Source: Gracilinanus agilis (Eukaryota). Taken from it: 64,000 bases of DNA. This document shows, in pieces, positions 52,101-56,576 of the stretch. The first letter of the stretch is position 1; each line of letters starts with the position of its first letter. The DNA is taken from the NCBI RefSeq assembly GCF_016433145.1, contig NC_058130.1:14076506-14140505 (forward strand). The letters are read 5' to 3'. The position numbers and the translations under genes are program-made. The notes under the pieces are model-generated. The model worked only from the letters and a program-made list of their open reading frames with translations. It was not told where the DNA came from and made no database searches.

Positions 52101-53994
52101 CCTCTTGGATGGGATTTATAAACATTCTGAGGATTCTGGATTAACCGTCCACATAGGAGAGGCCAAGAGAATAGAAGAAGACTTATTGCCCATCAGTATA
52201 TATTGGATGAATGGGCACCAGGGAAGATAGGTAGAAGAAAGGGCTGGTTTGCCTTCAGGAAACTCTGAAGCTCCTTTCCTGACTGCAGGCTTTCCATGAA
52301 AGCAGAGGCCCATCTTTTTAATACCAGCATTCTATCAGTGTTGCCATATGTCAGTGAGATATGGAAAACAATGATCTCTAAATAGCACACAAAAGGCCAC
52401 AGAAAGGTACACTGCAGGAGGAAAGAGGCAGCTACACACAACTAATGAGGGACTCTGAAGAACATGAATAAAGATAACATCAAGGAACTGTAGGATAGGA
52501 AGAGAACATGGACTGGAACCATGGCAACAGTACTTTCTTGATGTCAAATGCTAGGGAGGAAGGGCTCCTCTGTGGGGAGAGGACACCCTGTTTAAACTCC
52601 AGGAAGGAGGCAGACAAGGCGGGCAGATCTGCGTTTTGATGGGCATTTCCAAATGGACAGATCCATCTGGGAAAGTGAATATCCTTGGCACCTAACTCAG
52701 TGACTTGCACATGGCATGTGCTTAATAAACTGCTGAGATGAATTGGAAATGTTGGCTTGGGCAGAGGCCACTAAGCTAGGAAATTAATGGCAGTGTCGGA
52801 GAGCAATTTCAGGATAGTGGAGCAAAAGCTGGATTACAGAGGAGTGAGAAAAGGGAGGAAATGACAGATTTCGAGGCAGTTTAACATGCATTTAATGTCT
52901 AACATGTGTAAGGCACTGGGCTAGGTGCTAAGGACATAAGAACACACAACCCCCCCTCCCCAAATCCTGAGGTAGTCCCTGCCCTCAAGGTGCTTTCCCA
53001 ACTATCAAGTGTTCGTCACTCTCCCCCACCAACTACTACAAGTCCAATTTTGAGAGGCTAGAGGGTCTTGGGGAACACCATAGGGGAACTGGGGATGTTT
53101 TCGCCATCTTCGAATGGACCTCCTCTCAGCAAAGGACCTGGCACACAGTCACTTAAATGTTTGTTGCCTTTTGCCTGAACACATGGTCAAGAAGATGATG
53201 TCTCAGACTGGGATGTGGATTTATGGACCACAGCTTAAATGATAAAGGATGACAGGCTTTTGGCCAGGGGTGGAGTATAGCCAGCATGGAATGAAGTCTT
53301 GCAAAGAGAGACAAAAGGGCTTTAAGCTGAAAGGAAGGAAGAAGGAGCAACGCGCTGGTGTTCACTTGCCTATCTTAGATACCACAGAGGAAGGAAGAAT
53401 AGCAATTGAGATGTGGAGAAGTTAGGAGGCAAAATCCAGGAAAGGAACCCACTACAAAACCTATAGTCTCAGAGCGGCTAGGTGGCTCAGTTGGTGGGTC
53501 TCTAGCGAGCCAGGCCTAGAGATGGGAGGTCTTGAATTCAAATCCGACCTCAGACACTTCCTATTTGTATGACCCTGGACAAGTCATTTAACCCCCACTG
53601 CCTAGCCCTTACTGCTCTTCTGCCTTGGATCAATTCCAAGACAGAAGGTAAGAGTTTAAAACCAACCAACCAACATATAGCTTCAGATGCCCATATTAGA
53701 CCACATCCGGGCTGGTCATGAGAAGGCTGCACTAGCGAGGACTTAATACTAAGAAGCCCATTTGACCTGACGGCTAGCCCTGAGACTTGGTGGGCTCAAA
53801 ACCTACTTGAATGGAACGTGCCTCTGGAGGGGACCCTGTTCCAGGGGGATCACTGTCTACTGAGAAGTCGCACGAGGCCGGAGGCAGACAAGCCGGGGCC
53901 AGCCATCCCTGTTTACATCCTCCTTTCCCCTCTCCTCCATCGAGACTCCTCCCTTTCTCCCACCCACCATGAGGGCCGAGTCATTGTTGCTCAT
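8390..53994 (-). CDS. TTC21A: TTC21A (IFT139A, TPR-repeat IFT-A subunit), complete 29-exon gene; joined CDS 3942 nt = 1313 aa
   Basis: All 29 exons placed with GT-AG junctions and consistent phases, from MSNNDSALM to [11 protein letters not shown]. Sequence is closer to TTC21A than TTC21B as I recall them, and the position between CSRNP1 and GORASP1 matches TTC21A synteny. Confidence 0.96.
8558..8625 (-). CDS. TTC21A: TTC21A exon 28: (G)[22 protein letters not shown]
   Basis: CAG acceptor, GTAAGC donor; 68 nt. Confidence 0.95.
8905..9025 (-). CDS. TTC21A: TTC21A exon 27: [40 protein letters not shown]
   Basis: CAG acceptor, GTGAGC donor; 121 nt. Confidence 0.95.
9562..9786 (-). CDS. TTC21A: TTC21A exon 26: [14 protein letters not shown]...RRCVQYNK
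   Basis: T-tract CAG acceptor, GTAGGC donor; 225 nt. Confidence 0.95.
10258..10450 (-). CDS. TTC21A: TTC21A exon 25: (S)[24 protein letters not shown]...IEIAQIE (alternative start 10453)
   Basis: CAGCAG tandem acceptor, GTGGGT donor; 193 or 196 nt. Confidence 0.92.
10566..10727 (-). CDS. TTC21A: TTC21A exon 24: (W)[18 protein letters not shown]...LTVEN
   Basis: CAG acceptor, GTACCC donor; 162 nt. Confidence 0.94.
11135..11335 (-). mobile_element. CORE-SINE (SINE1_Mdo-like)
   Basis: Reverse copy: aaaccctcaccttccatcttag...gacttgcccagggtcac...tttgaacc...ctgagccacc. Confidence 0.8.
11792..11942 (-). CDS. TTC21A: TTC21A exon 23: (D)[25 protein letters not shown]...KGIYC
   Basis: T-rich tract with AAG acceptor, GTGAGT donor; 151 nt. 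Confidence 0.94.
12115..13600 (+). mobile_element. L1 fragment: degenerate ORF2 3' end and 3'UTR
   Basis: gctgggaaaactggaaaacagtatggcagaaactag, gaaatgtaaattaaaacaactctgaggtacc, ggagttgtaaactgattcag, tttgatccaataatagtactactagg: typical marsupial L1 ORF2 C-terminal segments with many stops. Confidence 0.85.
13810..13996 (+). mobile_element. Young full-length SINE1_Mdo-like element with a perfect 16-bp TSD
   Basis: AAAGCAAGAGCATTTA at 13794-13809 and 13997-14012; intact A/B boxes and poly-A tail. Confidence 0.93.
14520..14670 (+). mobile_element. L2 fragment
   Basis: gagctccagtcttgtcccacatcaccaactgcctgatggcc...tgtctaaaacc resembles the L2 3' region. Confidence 0.6.
15313..15394 (-). CDS. TTC21A: TTC21A exon 22: [27 protein letters not shown]
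   Basis: TAG acceptor, GTAACA donor; 82 nt. Confidence 0.94.
16531..16641 (-). CDS. TTC21A: TTC21A exon 21: [37 protein letters not shown]
   Basis: CAG acceptor, GTAAGG donor; 111 nt. Confidence 0.95.
16930..17122 (+). mobile_element. CORE-SINE
   Basis: gggtagctcagtgg...gagaccctggacaagtcacttaacccccattgcctagcccttac...gaaggatt tail. Confidence 0.8.
18100..18990 (+). mobile_element. Old L2 3' region, fragmented, with an internal (CT)n tract
   Basis: catagctccctagtgcctctagga...tttaaagtcctctacaatccagctc...aagcacttattctgtgc; L2-like tail. Confidence 0.55.
19714..19902 (-). CDS. TTC21A: TTC21A exon 20: [18 protein letters not shown]...SPIDNK
   Basis: CAG acceptor, GTAAGG donor; 189 nt. Confidence 0.95.
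20182..20285 (-). CDS. TTC21A: TTC21A exon 19: (V)[34 protein letters not shown]
   Basis: CAG acceptor, GTAGCG donor; 104 nt. Confidence 0.94.
20404..20542 (-). CDS. TTC21A: TTC21A exon 18: [21 protein letters not shown]...ALDHDF
   Basis: AAG acceptor, GTGCGC donor; 139 nt. Confidence 0.93.
20718..20828 (-). CDS. TTC21A: TTC21A exon 17: [37 protein letters not shown]
   Basis: CAG acceptor, GTCAGC donor; 111 nt. Confidence 0.94.
20911..20983 (-). CDS. TTC21A: TTC21A exon 16: (R)[24 protein letters not shown]
   Basis: CAG acceptor, GTGAGG donor; 73 nt. Confidence 0.95.
22645..22855 (-). mobile_element. CORE-SINE
   Basis: Reverse copy with a T tail, ending gagccacctagct. Confidence 0.8.
24821..25059 (-). 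CDS. TTC21A: TTC21A exon 15: [20 protein letters not shown]...LYIGCY
   Basis: CAG acceptor, GTAATG donor; 239 nt. Confidence 0.95.
25128..25195. repeat. Compound microsatellite (GT)18(GA)11(CA)5
   Basis: Read directly from the sequence. Confidence 0.95.
25590..28045 (-). mobile_element. L1 fragment (ORF2 3' part and 3'UTR), interrupted by an LTR at 27109-27953
   Basis: Reverse L1 text (cagccattccccaattgaagggcatcc, gatcttttgttcttccagatgaattttg, tagtttgatag|gtatggcactgaataag) resumes in register after the insertion. Confidence 0.85.
27109..27953 (+). mobile_element. Solo LTR of 845 bp, probably ERV class II (betaretrovirus-like)
   Basis: TGCC...GCA termini; flanks GATAGT (27103-27108) and GATAGG (27954-27959); TATAAA at 27802-27807, about 150 nt from the 3' end; splits an L1 cleanly. 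Confidence 0.75.
28341..28556 (-). CDS. TTC21A: TTC21A exon 14: [30 protein letters not shown]...LRLNGEL
   Basis: TAG acceptor, GTAAGA donor; 216 nt. Confidence 0.95.
28940..29112 (-). mobile_element. CORE-SINE (diverged)
   Basis: tttttaatctcttac...gaagtgtctgagtccagatttgaacccagg. Confidence 0.7.
29600..29757 (-). CDS. TTC21A: TTC21A exon 13: (G)[17 protein letters not shown]...GVSHNFQ
   Basis: TAG acceptor, GTGGGT donor; 158 nt. Confidence 0.95.
29894..30075 (+). mobile_element. CORE-SINE, tail-to-tail with the interrupted SINE at 30075
   Basis: gggcagctgggtagctcagtggaccgagagctaggcctagagatgggagg... Confidence 0.82.
30212..31231 (+). mobile_element. Solo LTR (ERV1-like, 4-bp TSD) containing an internal L1 piece
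   Basis: TGTGAAAA...CCTTACA termini with TTCT on both sides (30208-30211, 31232-31235); AP-1 (30307-30313), ETS and E-box motifs in the putative U3. Confidence 0.78.
30636..30982 (-). mobile_element. L1 5'UTR start joined directly to an ORF1 segment, flanked by a 16-bp TSD
   Basis: AGGCCCCTCATATTGG (30620-30635) and AGGCCCCTTGTATTGG (30983-30998). Minus strand begins ...AAGATGGTTGCAGAGTAGAAGCAG and ends in A-rich ORF1-like sequence. Confidence 0.65.
31290..31860 (+). mobile_element. L1 ORF2 fragment
   Basis: gaactcactattgctgggacaactggaaactagtttggcagaaactagg; same segment as near 12140 and 45960. Confidence 0.75.
32172..32353 (-). mobile_element. CORE-SINE
   Basis: Reverse copy: aaagtgacttgcccagggccacccagctaggaagtgtctgaacccagg. 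Confidence 0.75.
32916..33045 (-). CDS. TTC21A: TTC21A exon 12: [27 protein letters not shown]...KYLS
   Basis: CAG acceptor, GTAAGC donor; 130 nt. Confidence 0.95.
33215..33425 (-). mobile_element. CORE-SINE
   Basis: tttagccctcaccttccgtcttagaatc...aagtgacttgcccaggg...ccatcccctgagcc. Confidence 0.75.
33767..33967 (-). CDS. TTC21A: TTC21A exon 11: [18 protein letters not shown]...FFCPKQ
   Basis: CAG acceptor, GTGGGC donor; 201 nt. Confidence 0.95.
34247..34344 (-). CDS. TTC21A: TTC21A exon 10: (G)[32 protein letters not shown]
   Basis: CAG acceptor, GTGAGA donor; 98 nt. Confidence 0.95.
34505..34695 (+). mobile_element. CORE-SINE
   Basis: gccaggcctagagacgggtcctgggttcaaat...cctagcccttaccactcttctgcc...aagggtttaaaaaaa. 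Confidence 0.78.
35061..35253 (-). CDS. TTC21A: TTC21A exon 9: [23 protein letters not shown]...IAALT
   Basis: CAG acceptor, GTCCGT donor; 193 nt. Confidence 0.94.
35410..35615 (-). mobile_element. CORE-SINE
   Basis: ttaagtgacttacccagggcacccagctagaacatgtctgaggtcagatttgaacccagg. Confidence 0.75.
36387..36640 (+). mobile_element. Probable short LTR remnant
   Basis: ggagatttgaacc...ccccagattccc...; AT-rich end (aatgaaactttataaaatataaaacttagttattgaatattaattttca) typical of marsupial LTR 3' ends. TSD not resolved. Confidence 0.4.
38164..38262 (-). CDS. TTC21A: TTC21A exon 8: [33 protein letters not shown]
   Basis: TAG acceptor, GTAAGC donor; 99 nt. Confidence 0.95.
40664..40748 (-). CDS. TTC21A: TTC21A exon 7: (R)[28 protein letters not shown]
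   Basis: CAG acceptor, GTAAGT donor; 85 nt. Confidence 0.95.
42772..42929 (-). CDS. TTC21A: TTC21A exon 6: [21 protein letters not shown]...VETGL(R)
   Basis: TAG acceptor, GTAAGG donor; 158 nt. Confidence 0.95.
43498..43620 (-). CDS. TTC21A: TTC21A exon 5: [41 protein letters not shown]
   Basis: CAG acceptor, GTAGGA donor; 123 nt. Confidence 0.95.
44110..44276 (-). CDS. TTC21A: TTC21A exon 4: (D)[34 protein letters not shown]...GSRE
   Basis: CAG acceptor, GTACTG donor; 167 nt. Confidence 0.95.
45465..46030 (+). mobile_element. L1 ORF2 fragment (RT region, with deletions)
   Basis: aaattcacctggaagagcaaaaggtcaagaat...gcagtacctgacctcagactatactataaagcc. Confidence 0.8.
46660..46770 (-). CDS. 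TTC21A: TTC21A exon 3: (E)[36 protein letters not shown]
   Basis: CAG acceptor, GTAAGT donor; 111 nt. Confidence 0.95.
47160..47592 (+). mobile_element. Two same-strand SINEs, the second inserted in the tail of the first
   Basis: Outer flanks share AGTATTGGACT; inner copy (about 47345-47545) flanked by AAAATGGA. Confidence 0.7.
47600..50110 (+). mobile_element. Internally deleted L1 (ORF1 3' end, spacer, endonuclease start, ORF2 end, 3'UTR)
   Basis: ORF1-like gtagccaaattccagagctccc; EN-like ttgtttacaagagacacacttgaag; 3' gaaatgcaaattaaaattctaagg. Confidence 0.85.
49862..50055 (-). mobile_element. Young SINE1_Mdo-like element with a perfect 16-bp TSD, inserted in the L1 3'UTR
   Basis: CTGGAACTCAAATTTT at 49846-49861 and 50056-50071. 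Confidence 0.92.
50511..50640 (-). CDS. TTC21A: TTC21A exon 2: [43 protein letters not shown]
   Basis: TAG acceptor, GTAAGG donor; 130 nt. Confidence 0.95.
50790..51290 (+). mobile_element. Older L1 3' end fragment
   Basis: agagtgaagtgaatagaaccaggagaataatttgtaca...gacttaagaactctgatc. Confidence 0.7.
52170..52700 (+). mobile_element. Degenerate RTE-clade LINE (RT C-terminal region)
   Basis: Broken reading frames give [11 protein letters not shown] and [21 protein letters not shown], resembling the RTE 'RRxxAGWxAFxKL...AHLFNxxILPxxLYGxExW' segment. Confidence 0.6.
53472..53662 (+). mobile_element. CORE-SINE in TTC21A intron 1
   Basis: gcggctaggtggctcag...gccaggcctagagatgggaggtcttgaattcaaatc...gaaggtaagagtttaaaa. 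Confidence 0.8.
53968..53994 (-). CDS. TTC21A: TTC21A exon 1 coding part: MSNNDSALM
   Basis: CCCAAGATGA start context, GTGGGT donor; 27 nt, phase 0 with exon 2; resembles the mammalian N-terminus MSSNDSSLM. Confidence 0.9.
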
Positions 53995-54781
53995 CTTGGG
54001 GCTGGCGGCCGAAGGCCCTCTTCCAGGTTCAGGGCTCAGCAGGCAGCTGCGGGAGATGGGCAAGGTGCTCCGGGGGCCAGGGCTTCGGTCAGGGGGCCAA
54101 CGGAGGCCGAGGGTCCGGCCCTCGCCGGATCAAGGCTGGGAGGCCCAGGGTTGGGGTCCGAGAACTCGCTGAGAGATGTTGGCTTCGGCTGGTCCAAGGA
54201 GGTCTGGGGTCAGGGGTCAAGGGCCAGATCCAAGACTAGGGGAGGTGGCTGGCCTGGGCAGGGACAAGGCAAGAGCTAAAGCGGGGACCGCAGAGGGGAA
54301 GTGAGGGGTCACGGGTAGGAGTCACGGAGGGGTCAGGGCCGGGGCTGAGGTCAAGGGCAGGGACAAAGCCAGGGTCGAGGTCGGAGTCTAGGAAAGGACA
54401 AAGCAGGGGTCAGGGGATGAGGCCGGCCGGGTCAGGTTAGGATCGATTCGGACTCCAAGTTGGGGACGGGATCCTAGCCCGCGGGGCTGGAAGCTCGGGA
54501 CCTCGCGACTGCCGGAGGCTTCCGGGGCGTCCGGAGTAACTATGGCGTCGTCTTGGCAACGGAGCACGTTCCTTGGGCGGGGCTGAGGTCTCCAGGAGGA
54601 GCAATCCATCCAGGAACAGGTCGATCGGCAGAGGCATTTGCCCCGCCTCCATATCAGCTCTCGATTGAGGACGCCTGCCGCGCTGACAGCTGCGCCTGCG
54701 CGTCAGTCTGGACCGGGCCAGGCCGGACCTGTGCCCGTGGAGCCGCAGCCGGACAGCGGCCGGGCGGGGACACGTGTGGCC

Positions 54782-54844
54782 ATGGGCCTCACGGCCAGCT
54801 CGGAGCAGCCGGAGGGAGGGGCGGAGGGCTTCCACCTGCACGGG
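54782..54844 (+). CDS. GORASP1: GORASP1 (GRASP65) exon 1 coding part: MGLTASSEQPEGGAEGFHLHG
   Basis: Strong Kozak GCCATGG; Gly2 (the known myristoylation residue); GTAAGT donor; 63 nt. Confidence 0.95.
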
Positions 54845-55003
54845 GTAAGTGAGCGGAGTCCCGGGCAGGGGCGGGGTCAGCGAGGGGTCCCCGGGCCTCA
54901 GTTTCCCCTTGTCAAGTGAAGGACGAGGTCCAACGCGCCCCCAAACACCCCGCGGTACTAGGATCCTGTCCAAATCCCCGAATCTCCCCGCCTTGGTTTT
55001 CCA

Positions 55004-55295
55004 AAATGTCCACACGAAGGGACCCCCCAGGCTCAGAGCCTGTGACACTCTTTGTGACCCCAGACAAGTGGCTTCCCCCATGTCGCCTCAATTTACTCCA
55101 TTGTCCGCATGAAGGGCCTCTCAAAGCTCGGAGTCTGTGACCCCCTATAACCCCACACAAGTGGCTTTCCCGCTTGGGCCTCAGGTTCTCCCAGATGTCT
55201 CCACCAAGGGTCCCCCCAGACCCCGAGCCTGTGACACCCTTCCCCTGACCCCAGACAAGTGGCTCCCCGACCTCAGTTTCCTCAAATGTCCAAGA
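55004..55295 (+). repeat. Degenerate tandem repeat, about 3.1 copies of a 91-96 bp unit
   Basis: Units start near 55004, 55100, 55193 and 55284; each carries ATGTC..AAGGG..GAG(C/T)CTGTGAC..CCC(A)GACAAGTGGCT..CCTCA. Confidence 0.75.
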
Positions 55296-56160
55296 ACAGG
55301 TTTGGGCGAGCCAGACGGCGGTCTTCTGTGGCCCTCACCCTGTGACTCTTTGGACTGTGGGCGTGTCTGTGGCTGTCACAGGCTGAGACCCCAGGGAGAT
55401 GGCTCTGGCCCAGCTGCCCTGCATCCTCCTCCTCTGTCCTTAGTTTTTAGTCACCCCCAGGCTCCCTCCCCTCCCCTCTCCCAGGGGGCAGGGGGTGGGG
55501 GATGGGCTGGGCACAACCTCTCCTCTTTACCCTCTCTCAGCTTCATCCTGGCCACTGGGCTACATTAGCTTTAATGTTTCTGCGTCCTTATTGCTTCTGT
55601 TTGCATTGTTGCAGTTATCTCGCCCTGGACACATTGTTTCTTGGGCTCCGCATCAGTGCGGGATCTTTGCAGGCTTCTCCGGATTTATCACCTCCATCAT
55701 TTCTGAGATTGGGACCAAATTCCCTTTCATTCAGACTGTAATTAGTGTTTAATTGTGCCCTGATCTACTGGGCTTCCCATAGCAGCTACACAGGAAGCGG
55801 TCCATTCATGTGTTTGTACAGATGGGCACTTCTTAGGGGTGGTGTCCTGGGGCAGAAGCCCACCAGAGGAGCCTCTGATTCTCAGCGCATGTACCCCTAG
55901 TCACTTCATTTGCATATTTCCAATAGCTTTCCAGCATCTTTGGACCATTCAGCAGCTCCACCAACAACGTATCAGTGTGCCTGACTTCCCACCACCCCAT
56001 CTAACTTTGACTGGTGCCATTTTTTGTCATCTTTGACAATTTTCGGGATGTGAGCTGAAGACTGGTTGTTTCACTACACATTTCTCTCATTGTTAGTACT
56101 TGGGGCAAGGATACTTGGTGTGGTTGTGAATGCAGAATCCTCTTAAGAAGTTTCATGGAT

Positions 56161-56576
56161 GGGGCAGCTAGGTAGCCCAGTGGATAGAGCCCTAGGTCTG
56201 GAGTCAGGAAGACGGGGTTCAAATATGGCTTTGGATGCTTTCTGTGTGACCTTGGTCAAGTCACTTAACCCTTTTTTGTTTTAGCCTTTACCTCTCTTTT
56301 TTCTTGGAACTAATACTTAGTATTGATTCTAAAACAGAAGGTAAGGATTTAAAAAAAAAAAAAAAAGGAAGTTTTATGGATGGGGCAGTTAGGTAGCACA
56401 ATGAATAATAGAGTGCCAAGCCTGGAGTTGGGAGGTCCTGAATTCAAATTTGACTTCAGATACTTCCTAACTGTGTGACCCTGGACAAGTCACTTCCCCC
56501 TGACTGCCTAGTCCTTGCCACTCTTCTGACTTAGAATTAATATTAAGACAGAAGGTAAAGGTTTAAAAAAAAAAAA
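56161..56576 (+). mobile_element. Two head-to-tail SINEs bounded by three copies of one target site
   Basis: Target-like 16-mers at 56145-56160, 56366-56381 and 56577-56592. Confidence 0.8.

Larger units (their letters stand above)
53860..55000. promoter_or_regulatory. CpG-island bidirectional promoter shared by TTC21A and GORASP1
   Basis: Divergent ATGs 787 nt apart; CpG-rich; X-box GTCGTCTTGGCAAC (54547-54560), GC box GGGCGGGGC (54575-54583), NRF1-like TGCGCCTGCGC (54691-54701), E-box CACGTG (54771-54776). Confidence 0.85.

Noticed and set aside
8390-53994. Assignment as the paralogue TTC21B
   Set aside because: N-terminus MSNNDSALM, the 72-aa exon 14 and the CSRNP1/GORASP1 neighbours fit TTC21A.
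53995-54063. N-terminal extension of TTC21A suggested by ORF 53857-54063
   Set aside because: That ORF starts at TTG, not ATG; homology begins at MSNND.
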